Shown: piece by piece, positions 9,021 through 17,611 of the stretch
Numbering within the stretch: the first letter of the stretch is position 1
Layout of the letters: every line of letters starts with the position of its first letter
From: Chlamydiales bacterium
GTDB lineage: Bacteria > Chlamydiota > Chlamydiia > Chlamydiales > JBDQID01
Length of the DNA: 24,837 nucleotides
Assembly: GCA_047611865.1 (NCBI GenBank)
Contig: JBLFWS010000033.1
Coordinates: forward strand, 1 to 24,837
Direction of reading: 5' to 3'
Position numbers and translations under genes: made by a program
Notes under the pieces: generated by a model
Database searches by the model: none
Seen by the model: only the letters and a program-made list of their open reading frames with translations
Told to the model about the DNA's origin: nothing

Positions 9021-12013
9021 TATATCCTTAGGCCTCCTCGCCAAGCTTCCAATATGCGGTCAACCTCAAGGTCCACCCATTCTTTCCCATTTTGAGTGAT
9101 GAGCATCCGTGGCTCTTCTGTCACTCTCCCTAAATACTGATAGTGCCCCTGCATCAATTCTTCAAACACTCCACATAGTTCCGGCTTTACGGATACAACG
9201 AAACGTGAATGAGACTCTGAAAACAGTTGTATGCGAGCGTCTTCCTCTCCCAAAGCTACATTTGCTCCGAGATCTCCACCAAAGGCCGATTCTGCCAAAG
9301 CCACACTCAAGCCACCATCTGATAGGTCGTGACAAGATGACAAGAGCCTCTTTTGATGGGCTGTATGCACCTTCCTGTAGAGAGCAATGGCCTCCTCTTT
9401 CCGAACAACGGGAACATTTGCTCCAAGCAGGCCAAAGAGATGATAAAACTCCGAGCCTCCCAGTTCGTCATACGTCTTTCCAAGAAGGTATATCGCATCT
9501 CCTGCAGCTTTGAATTCTGTTGTTGTCGCTGTACGGATGTCGTCAATTTGTGAAACCATAGAATAAAGGATGGTCGGAGGGATGGATACTTTCACCTTTC
9601 CGTCTCGAAAATCATTCTTCATGCTATCTTTTCCCGAAGTCATAGGAACGTTATATGCCGTTGCCATATCGTAGAGACCGTCACACATCCGGACGAGCTG
9701 TGCCAATTTGTATTTGCCATCAGGATTCGTTTCTGGATCATATACAGAATCAGGTACGCAGAAGTTATCGTTAACTGACCAAAAAGGGCTACTAGCGGCA
9801 TCGAGATCTGGTAGATCACCTCCAACAGATATAACCTGACGCACAGCTTCATCAAAGGCTCCTGTGGACATATGATAGGCATCGATATCACCGTAACGTG
9901 GGATAATTCCGTTAGAAACGATCAGTCCTTTCCATGAGTCGAAATCCAGTCTCATGACAGCTGCATCTTGAGGAGCATTGCCATTTTTTCCCATTAGGGG
10001 CTTAACCACTGTTTTCCCTTTCACTTCATGGTCGTAACGTCGGATCACCGACTCCTTTGAGCAAATGTTGTAAGAAGCCATCAATTGCAGCAAGAGGCCG
10101 TTATAGTCATCCTTAGGAGGAAGTACCGGTTCTTTCAAATCAGGCCGCTTCCACTCTGCCACTAGATGTTTCCGTGGTACACCATTATGAAGAAAATCTA
10201 AATCGAGATGCGCCACCATCTTGTCGTGATAGAGGACATCCAGGGATCCTTTAGATGTGAAAATACCTACTTCTGACAATTCTACAGCAAAACCCTGTGC
10301 TAGCATATGAAGCTCTTGTAGATCTTCTTTTTTTACTACCAGAGTCATCCGCTCTTGTGATTCGGAAATAAAGATTTCCCAAGGCTGTAGCCCAGAATAT
10401 TTTAGAGGTACCTTTTCCAGGTAAACTTCTGCCCCATTAGAAAACTCAGCCATCTCTCCAATAGATGAGGAGAGTCCTCCTGCACCGTTATCTGTGCAAG
10501 TCTTTACCAGTCCTGTTTCACAGGCTACAGTCAAAAAATCAGCTAGGAGTTTCTGCGTCATTGGACTACCGATCTGAACAACAGTCTGTGGAGTGTCCGC
10601 ATCAACATAGGAAGAGGATAAAGTAGCCCCATGAATGCCATCTTTCCCTACACGCCCCCCAGCCATTACAATAATATCACCACTGTCTACCGGTTTATGC
10701 CAGGATTCTTTGCCATCCATGTATTTAGGCATGATAGAACCCGTGCCACAAAACACTAGAGGCTTTCCACAGTATCGTTCATCAAAAACAATCGACCCGT
10801 TAACTGTGGGAACACCGGATTTATTTCCGCCATCCATGATCCCCTCTACCACCCCTTTTAAAACTCTAGAGGGAGGGAGCTGTCCTTTCATCAACTTTTT
10901 ACTGTAGGTCGGTTCCGCAAAACAAAGAACGTTTGTATTAAACAGAAGCTTGGCTCCACCGATTCCAGTACCTAGTGCGTCGCGATTATTCCCGAGTATC
11001 CCGGTTATTGCACCGCCGTATGGATCTAGTGCCGAAGGGGTATTATGTGTTTCCACCTTCCAAATAAAAAGCCGGCTATTGTCTATTTTCACAACGCCGG
11101 CATTATCCGCAAAGACCTTCACTAGCCAGTGGTGGCCAGATTTTTTTAGTCGTGACTCAATTATCCGAGTAGATTCTTTAATCTTGCTGTCGAAAAGTGA
11201 AGACACTGTCCGGATTTGCCCCGTATCAAGGTCTCGATATTCGATTATAGCACTCATTTCTTTGTGCTTGCAGTGCTCCGACCAAGTCTGGGCAAGTATC
11301 TCTATCTCACAATCTGTAGGTTCTTTAGGTAGACCTAAGGATTCCCTTTTCTTTTTGCTATCATCAGAACCAAAGTATGCCTGAATTGCCTTCATCTCTA
11401 CGAGATTGAGGCAAAGGTGTCTTTTTTTGGAAATCAAGAGAAGTTCTTCGTCGGAAACCTGAATATTCACAGAATCCGTGTGAGCTCTCCCCTCAGTTTG
11501 GCCAATGGGAACCGTGTGCACTTCCCCATTCCAGCTTCCATATTCAAAATGATGAATAAGAGGGTTACCGATACTTAAAGCAATACGATCAAGATCCTTG
11601 TCTTCCAATGCATTTTCTATGAAAAAGATCTCTTGGGTAAATACACTTTGTTCCTCCATTTCAAAAGGATCATCCATAAAGTCGCTAAGAGCTCTTTGTG
11701 CGGATAATCCTTCATCATCAGTAACTCCTGGTCTTTTTGCTATAAGAATATAAGACTTAAAGAGTGGGTTATGAAACCACTTGTTTACATAGGCATCGTG
11801 TGTCACGGGATCTTTTAAAGCTTTGTGTGCAAAGCTTTCTACGACGCCTTGATTAGGAGGGTTTATAATCTGAAAGATTTTCCCTGATTTAATACTGCCA
11901 GTATTCAGACCTAAAAACTTTTTCGACTTTTCTGCAACAATATTTGCAGCTCCGTCAACCATGTTATCTTTAGGTAACAGCTGGATATGAGAATGTTCTT
12001 GAGTGCTCGTCAC
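9020..12013 (-). CDS. purL: FGAM synthase PurL, ~1000-aa form with PurS-like N-terminal region
   Basis: QTWSEHCKH, DNAGVV, KVETHNTPS, GAITG, DGIHGAT, DNGAGGL, SESQERM, YDHEV, SGKDSM, HDLSDGG, LFSES; GTG start with GAGGGG RBS; no C-terminal glutaminase domain. Confidence 0.95.
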   Translation of the reverse strand: MTSTQEHSHIQLLPKDNMVDGAANIVAEKSKKFLGLNTGSIKSGKIFQIINPPNQGVVESFAHKALKDPVTHDAYVNKWFHNPLFKSYILIAKRPGVTDDEGLSAQRALSDFMDDPFEMEEQSVFTQEIFFIENALEDKDLDRIALSIGNPLIHHFEYGSWNGEVHTVPIGQTEGRAHTDSVNIQVSDEELLLISKKRHLCLNLVEMKAIQAYFGSDDSKKKRESLGLPKEPTDCEIEILAQTWSEHCKHKEMSAIIEYRDLDTGQIRTVSSLFDSKIKESTRIIESRLKKSGHHWLVKVFADNAGVVKIDNSRLFIWKVETHNTPSALDPYGGAITGILGNNRDALGTGIGGAKLLFNTNVLCFAEPTYSKKLMKGQLPPSRVLKGVVEGIMDGGNKSGVPTVNGSIVFDERYCGKPLVFCGTGSIMPKYMDGKESWHKPVDSGDIIVMAGGRVGKDGIHGATLSSSYVDADTPQTVVQIGSPMTQKLLADFLTVACETGLVKTCTDNGAGGLSSSIGEMAEFSNGAEVYLEKVPLKYSGLQPWEIFISESQERMTLVVKKEDLQELHMLAQGFAVELSEVGIFTSKGSLDVLYHDKMVAHLDLDFLHNGVPRKHLVAEWKRPDLKEPVLPPKDDYNGLLLQLMASYNICSKESVIRRYDHEVKGKTVVKPLMGKNGNAPQDAAVMRLDFDSWKGLIVSNGIIPRYGDIDAYHMSTGAFDEAVRQVISVGGDLPDLDAASSPFWSVNDNFCVPDSVYDPETNPDGKYKLAQLVRMCDGLYDMATAYNVPMTSGKDSMKNDFRDGKVKVSIPPTILYSMVSQIDDIRTATTTEFKAAGDAIYLLGKTYDELGGSEFYHLFGLLGANVPVVRKEEAIALYRKVHTAHQKRLLSSCHDLSDGGLSVALAESAFGGDLGANVALGEEDARIQLFSESHSRFVVSVKPELCGVFEELMQGHYQYLGRVTEEPRMLITQNGKEWVDLEVDRILEAWRGGLRI

Positions 12014-12037
12014 AACCCCTCTTAAAATAATGCCTTG

Positions 12038-13129
12038 TTAATGTACTTCATAAATAAGAGTCGTGGGTTTAACACTCTTACTATGCAAAACGATCGTCTC
12101 ATCTGCTGTCACAACACCGGCAACTCGACCTTGGTATTGATTCATGCGAATGATATCTAAAGCTCTCTCTTCATCTCCACTTTCTACGATCACTAACATG
12201 GCGTTACCCATATTCCACAATTCGTAAACTTGTTCTTCGTCAATATTTCCAAGCTCCTGAAGCTCCGTCATAAACGAATGAGGTTCGAATAGATTGTTAA
12301 GCTCTGCTCCTACTTTATTTTTCCGCAACATACGAGAAAGATTTCCTGCGATCCCGCCTCCTGTCACGTGCACTGTGCCATGAATATCCACATCTTCTGC
12401 ATGTAGCTTCATGATGGCTGGTGAGCATATAAGCGACGGGATAAGAAGGATTTGCCCCCAAGGAATTCCTGAGTGACTAATCTCTTCATGCCACTTGTCT
12501 CCGAAGGCTGCCTCTAGAATCTTCCGGGCCATGGTAAAGCCGTTGCTCCGAAAGCCGAGGCTTTTGATAGCTATTATGCTATCTCCTGGCTTTATGGTAG
12601 AACCGTCGATAGGATTCTTATTCTTTGCTAATGCGCCAATACCTGTTGCGCACCAGTTAAAGTGCATCCCCGACCCGTAACCAGAAATACGGCTACCTAA
12701 TTCGGCGATTTCTCCACCTGTTACGGCTATTGAAGCTACATTAGAAGCTTCATAAAGACCTTCCATCAAGGAATCTACCACCTTTTCATCAAGGTAGTCT
12801 ACATCTAGAATATTGGAAAAGTTCACCGGCTCTGCACCAATGCATGCCAAGTCGTCCACAACCATGGAGACAAGATCGAATCCCAAGGAGTTATATATGC
12901 CTGTTCTTTCAGCGACTTCTATTTTAGTTCCTATACCATCAGAAGCGATAGCAAGACGTAAGTCACCATAATCGAGAACATTGGCATATGAGCCCTTGAG
13001 TCTTGTGTCCGGCATTCCGATACGGTGCCGGCGATTCGGGAAGGTTTTCTGGGCCCATTCAAATGCTATTTTCGAGCATTTGTCACCCAGATGAATATCT
13101 ACCCCAGACTCTTTCACATCAAGCATCAA
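12038..13129 (-). CDS. purM: AIR synthetase (FGAM cyclo-ligase)
   Basis: SGVDI, DGIGTK, GAEP, GGEIAE, GFRSNGFT, HVTGGG, WNMG; start may be ATG 13126. Confidence 0.93.
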   Translation of the reverse strand: MMLDVKESGVDIHLGDKCSKIAFEWAQKTFPNRRHRIGMPDTRLKGSYANVLDYGDLRLAIASDGIGTKIEVAERTGIYNSLGFDLVSMVVDDLACIGAEPVNFSNILDVDYLDEKVVDSLMEGLYEASNVASIAVTGGEIAELGSRISGYGSGMHFNWCATGIGALAKNKNPIDGSTIKPGDSIIAIKSLGFRSNGFTMARKILEAAFGDKWHEEISHSGIPWGQILLIPSLICSPAIMKLHAEDVDIHGTVHVTGGGIAGNLSRMLRKNKVGAELNNLFEPHSFMTELQELGNIDEEQVYELWNMGNAMLVIVESGDEERALDIIRMNQYQGRVAGVVTADETIVLHSKSVKPTTLIYEVH

Positions 13130-13207
13130 AAGGTACGCTTTTTCGGAGGTTTCGATTACTTTTGGAATGAAGAGAGAGTGTATAAATCAGCAGGTTTTTT
13201 TACAGCA

Positions 13208-13228
13208 ATTTAAATCGTCGATTTAAAT
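13208..13228. promoter_or_regulatory. Perfect 21-bp palindrome, candidate operator
   Basis: ATTTAAATCG-T-CGATTTAAAT, about 80 bp upstream of purM in the divergent purM/cyclase intergenic region; function inferred. Confidence 0.45.
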
Positions 13229-13472
13229 ATTTTTTTTCTTTTCAGAAATAGGTGAGAAGGCTTTTACCCCCATCACAACATTGATATTTAAAGAGTTGCA
13301 ACCCTACAGCTTCGCCAATCACTACTTAATACATAGGATTAATTCACATACCAACGTAAGCCTTTCTTAAGCTCTACTCTTTTTTAAAAAAAACTTTTAC
13401 AATAGGCCTTTTTTTATTTTAACATTCTTGTAATATAGACTATTAAATGCTTTGTTCTATTGGAGGAATAAT

Positions 13473-14894
13473 TTGTCCGCTAAAATTCTACACAAGCTCT
13501 TAAAAAAACCAAAAATCGCCGCTCTGATTGAACACCTCTCACAAAACCCTAATGAACCTCTAGCCATTTCTGATCAAAATGGACAACTACTCCTTGGTCG
13601 AACTGGCAAAGTCCCCGGAATCCGATATCCTGTTAAGTTTTCTGATACCACAATAGGTTGGGTTGAAGGAGAAAATGGCGTTGATCATATAGCAGGCATT
13701 TTGTCTCACCTGGTAGAGATGGAAGGCGAAAAGAAGTCTCTCGTCAGAGAAGTCCTTTCCGGATACAAGGAACTCAATCTTTTTTACTCCATTTCTCAAA
13801 AAATGAATGAATGCTTGGATTTCAAAGATGTTGCTAATTTAGCTTTAAAAGAAGCCTGTAAACTCATCAAATCAGAGAAAGCTTCCGTATTGCTTTTTAA
13901 CGAATCAAGCGCTTCTTTTGATAAACTCGCCTACGTTGGAAAAGCCTCTCTCAAAAAAGTCAATCTTCAAGCAGGCATAGGCATCGGTGGTGACATCTTT
14001 GTAAAAGGGGAACCCGAACTCATCAACGATGTAGAAAAAGATCCCCGCTACGTCCCAGGAAAAAGCAAGCATTCCGCATTGATTTGCGTACCCTTAAAAG
14101 TCGATGGGAAAACTATTGGCCTGATAAATATCAGCGCATTGCCAGATAAAACTTTCGATGCTCAGGATTTGAAACTGGCTATTGCTGTTGCCACCCATGC
14201 CTGTTCATGTATGGAAATTGTCACCCTTCATGAACGTCGCCTTGAACAGGACCGACTAAAAAGTCACCTTGAAAGATATGTCTCCTCCCATGTAGTCGAC
14301 GGTATCATGGAATCTCAAGATCATGACCCCCTTAAACCAGCAAGACGTGATGTTTCAGTACTCTTCTCTGATATTCGCAACTTCACCCAGATGTGCGAAT
14401 CCTTACCCGCAGATGAGATGGCTAAGTACCTTAATACTTACTTTTCCAGCATGGTAGATGTAATCTTTGAACAAGGGGGTACTTTAGACAAATTTGTTGG
14501 AGACGAAATATTAACCTTTTTCAACGCCCCTAAAAAAAGCAAAGAACACGAAAGAAAGACCGTGGAAACGGCTATCCTTATGCAACAGAAAATTCACAGT
14601 ATTTCTGATCCCTGGATACGTGAGAATTTTCGTATAGGTATGGGCATCAATAGTGGCATGACTATTGTGGGGAATATTGGATCACCCAAACATTGTGATT
14701 ACACCGTCATTGGGGACACTGTAAATATCGGAGCCAGACTCCAAGCCATGGCAAAGGGTGGACAAATTCTTGTTAGCAGCTCAATTTACGAAGCAACAAA
14801 AGAATATTTTTGTTACCATCGCATTGGTACTTTTCCTTTAAAAGGAAAAAAAGAACACATCGAAGTTTTCGAAGTCGAATACAAACGGGACTAA
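13473..14894 (+). CDS. GAF-domain class III adenylate cyclase
   Basis: GAF (LINDVEKDPRY, ICVPLKVDGKTIGLINI, FDAQDL); cyclase VLFSDIRNFT, TLDKFVGD, GMGINSG, DYTVIGDTVNIGARLQ with ATP-specifying Lys/Asp; start placed at TTG 13473 behind GGAGG (13462-13466); no TM segment seen. Confidence 0.9.
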   Translation: MSAKILHKLLKKPKIAALIEHLSQNPNEPLAISDQNGQLLLGRTGKVPGIRYPVKFSDTTIGWVEGENGVDHIAGILSHLVEMEGEKKSLVREVLSGYKELNLFYSISQKMNECLDFKDVANLALKEACKLIKSEKASVLLFNESSASFDKLAYVGKASLKKVNLQAGIGIGGDIFVKGEPELINDVEKDPRYVPGKSKHSALICVPLKVDGKTIGLINISALPDKTFDAQDLKLAIAVATHACSCMEIVTLHERRLEQDRLKSHLERYVSSHVVDGIMESQDHDPLKPARRDVSVLFSDIRNFTQMCESLPADEMAKYLNTYFSSMVDVIFEQGGTLDKFVGDEILTFFNAPKKSKEHERKTVETAILMQQKIHSISDPWIRENFRIGMGINSGMTIVGNIGSPKHCDYTVIGDTVNIGARLQAMAKGGQILVSSSIYEATKEYFCYHRIGTFPLKGKKEHIEVFEVEYKRD

Positions 14895-14899
14895 CGACA

Positions 14900-15277
14900 A
14901 TGAATAAGAAAATTCTAATTGTTGATGACGAACTACATTTAAGAAGCCTCTTGAAACAAACCCTTGAGGAACTAGAAGACGAAGGAGTCGAGTTAGTGAC
15001 TGCTTCTGACGGGCAAGACGCCCTCGATAAGATTCAAAATGAAAAGCCTCAACTTGTTTTTCTTGACCTCATGCTACCAAAAATTAATGGCTATGAAGTC
15101 TGTGAAACCATAAAGCACAAGCTCAAGCTTCCTGGGATCTACATTGTCATGCTCACAGCTAAAGGCCAACAGTTGGATAAGGAAAAAGGTATCGAAGTCG
15201 GTGCTGACCTTTACATAACCAAACCTTTTGATCCCGATTCAATCATTGAAAAAGCCCGAGAAGTTCTCGGTATGTAG
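14900..15277 (+). CDS. Single-domain response regulator (receiver only)
   Basis: KILIVDDE, phospho-acceptor VFLDLMLP, MLTA, YITKPF; ATG 14900 lies 5 nt after the cyclase stop; 125 aa, no output domain. Confidence 0.93.
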   Translation: MNKKILIVDDELHLRSLLKQTLEELEDEGVELVTASDGQDALDKIQNEKPQLVFLDLMLPKINGYEVCETIKHKLKLPGIYIVMLTAKGQQLDKEKGIEVGADLYITKPFDPDSIIEKAREVLGM

Positions 15278-15293
15278 GCTCAAATGGGGTCTT

Positions 15294-15339
15294 TGCGCCT
15301 TTGCCATTTCGAAAATTTAAATCGAAATATTGAGGCGCA
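15294..15339. terminator. Imperfect long hairpin between convergent genes
   Basis: Outer stem TGCGCCT (15294-15300) / AGGCGCA (15333-15339); inner stem ATTTCGA (15306-15312) / TCGAAAT (15322-15328); no clear U-tract. Confidence 0.45.
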
Positions 15340-15375
15340 TGCTTACATTCACAATCTCTCCTTATGATCAAAGCT

Positions 15376-17277
15376 CTATTTTCCAATATTGTATTTGATG
15401 ACTTTGGCAGGAATTCGAAAAAAGAAGACTGTACCTTCATCTAATTTACTTTCCACCCAGATTTTGCCATTGTGATTTTGCACGATCTGTTTACTGATGT
15501 ATAAACCTAGACCTGAGCCTTTAGGTTTGTTTTCAAGGATATCTCCGACCTGCTTAAATTTATCAAAGACCAACTGTACATTGTCCTCTGAAATCCCCAC
15601 TCCAGTGTCAATAATACTGATTTCTATCTCGTTCCTAACTCTCACAGCTCTGCAAGTAACGCTACCTTTTTCCGTAAATTTTTCGGCATTAGATATCAGA
15701 TTAATTAGCACTTGTATCAATTTATCTCTGTCACCAAAAACCTGCGGTAGATTCCTGTCGACTTCTTTTTTAATCTCCACATCCCTGTATTCAAAAAGAG
15801 AAGATGTCGCGCACATGGCCTGGTCGATAAGTCTTTCCACATCATAGAAATCCATGTCCCAATCACTTTGCACAGATTCCAATTTAGCAATATCGAGGAC
15901 ATCATTAATGAGTTTACTCAAACGTTCGCCCTCCTCCAAAACGATATCAATATTTTCCATCGTCTGGCCGTACCATTTCATCACCTGCTTTTCCTCTGTA
16001 GGAAGATAGGGAGAGATCTTAAATTCCAGTCTCTTCTTTACTAAGGATGTAAAGCCCAATATTGAAGCTAGTGGCGTTCGGAGTTCATGAGAAACTGTTG
16101 ATATGAAACTATCCTTCATATTGAGTAATTCTTTTTCTTTCGTGATGTCCCTAATAACGACGACGAATGCACTGTAGGTTCCAATCTTTCTACTTTCCAT
16201 TTTTTTGGGATACAGAAAGGAACAAACTGCTTGGCCAGTCTTGCCGTTATTCAAGATAATTTCAGAGGAACTCATACGACTAGTGCACTGAAAGCTTGTC
16301 AACATGAGACTATTTATTTCTTCTCCAAAGGCATCACTACAGTACTTTCCTATAAGGTTCGATGTAAGATAATGGTGCCCAAACATATTCGATAATGCGG
16401 GATTACATTTAACTACCTTCCCATCCAGGTCGAGAACGAGTATACCATCCCCCATTTTGTGCAGGAGTATAGTCATTTCCTCATCATTTTCCCTTAGGCG
16501 CCTCATTTGTGACTTTATGGCCTTATTTCTAGCATGAAGACTTTGCGTAAGAGTGTTATAGGCATTCGCCAGGTGAGCAAATTCATCCCCTGTATCGATT
16601 TCAATAATATAATCCTCTTGGTCTGCCTCAAATTCTTCAATTCCGTCAGTGAGCTTTTTGAGGGATTGTGTGATCAACCTACTAATGTAAATCGACATAA
16701 GAGTGAATAAACCGAGTATCATCAATATAAGAGCTAAGAATGTAATCTGATTACTTTCAATAGCTCCAACTGCACTTTGACTGATATTTATCTGTTCCTT
16801 ACTAATGATTTTATTGATCTCAAAAATCTGTGTATTAGTGATATCGTGACATACCCGTAAAAGCTCATTTAGCTTAGCTCTTTTAGCAGGCCCTTCAGTC
16901 TCCTTCATCTCCCTGACAAAGTTCTTTACTAATGAGATGCTATTTTTGAGCTTGTTTAGCAGCTTTGTTGCTTCTGGTTTGTTCAGATTTTTTTCGATCT
17001 TTAAGACTAAGGCATCAGCTGAAATTATCGGAAGCAACTCCATTGCTTCTTTTCCTTTGATCTCGTCAAGAGCAATAGTTAAGGAATTTTCCCAGGATTT
17101 TTCACTGATAGCTTTTAGCTCTGCAATTTCCTTTTCAAGTAATTGATGACGGACAAGCATGGAATCCAAAGATCCACTCACTTTCCGTAGATTCTGGTAA
17201 GAATAGATACCTACAATAAGTAGAAGGGTTACGACACACACTCCTCCAATATTTCTCATTTTCCGCCAGCTCACCAT
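15376..17277 (-). CDS. Membrane sensor histidine kinase (2 TM, HAMP, PAS, HisKA, HATPase)
   Basis: Two hydrophobic segments flanking a helical sensor region; HAMP (DTGDEFAHLANAYN); PAS (GDGILVLDLDGKVVKCNPA); H-box SHELRTPL; N-box LINLISNAEKFT; DTGVGI; GSGLGL. Confidence 0.95.
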   Translation of the reverse strand: MVSWRKMRNIGGVCVVTLLLIVGIYSYQNLRKVSGSLDSMLVRHQLLEKEIAELKAISEKSWENSLTIALDEIKGKEAMELLPIISADALVLKIEKNLNKPEATKLLNKLKNSISLVKNFVREMKETEGPAKRAKLNELLRVCHDITNTQIFEINKIISKEQINISQSAVGAIESNQITFLALILMILGLFTLMSIYISRLITQSLKKLTDGIEEFEADQEDYIIEIDTGDEFAHLANAYNTLTQSLHARNKAIKSQMRRLRENDEEMTILLHKMGDGILVLDLDGKVVKCNPALSNMFGHHYLTSNLIGKYCSDAFGEEINSLMLTSFQCTSRMSSSEIILNNGKTGQAVCSFLYPKKMESRKIGTYSAFVVVIRDITKEKELLNMKDSFISTVSHELRTPLASILGFTSLVKKRLEFKISPYLPTEEKQVMKWYGQTMENIDIVLEEGERLSKLINDVLDIAKLESVQSDWDMDFYDVERLIDQAMCATSSLFEYRDVEIKKEVDRNLPQVFGDRDKLIQVLINLISNAEKFTEKGSVTCRAVRVRNEIEISIIDTGVGISEDNVQLVFDKFKQVGDILENKPKGSGLGLYISKQIVQNHNGKIWVESKLDEGTVFFFRIPAKVIKYNIGK

Positions 17278-17611
17278 GACCCCTATGGGCTAATAGTATT
17301 ATTACTAATTAGTTATCGGAATAGAGAGGAATAGTTTCACTATTATATTTCTTTACACTCCCCAAACAAAGCTAAAGTGCTTGAAATAAATGATTTAGGT
17401 GCTATCCAGAGGCAATAAATTATTTCCTATCTAGAAAAAAATAAAATAAGCCCAGTTGATATGTAAAATATTGAATACGTGCTCATTAGAGAACTGCTTA
17501 ACTTCCAGCTATCGTACATTATAATTGGGTGTTTCAGATTTTATCAGTGGAAAGATAAAAGGAAAAAGGCGAAAGTGTATGCTCTAAATTCAAAAAAATG
17601 AGGTGTAAGCC

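Noticed and set aside
13130..13450. Purine, ZTP or PRPP riboswitch, or PurR box, upstream of the pur operon
   Set aside because: No recognisable aptamer consensus, leader terminator or PurR palindrome by eye; an Rfam scan would be decisive
13473..14894. Cyclase as a guanylate cyclase or as an anti-phage Pycsar/CBASS component
   Set aside because: Specificity residues are Lys/Asp (ATP-type), a GAF sensor is present, and the neighbours are two-component genes rather than TIR or TM effectors
14810..14899. Longer ORF-track starts for the receiver (14810), cyclase (13452) and purQ (9044)
   Set aside because: The extensions overlap upstream genes or contain the SD; downstream starts at 14900, 13473 and 9020 fit RBS position and domain boundaries better
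17539..17560. TTTTATC-N8-GATAAAA inverted repeat upstream of purB
   Set aside because: Only 7 AT-rich bp; plausible by chance
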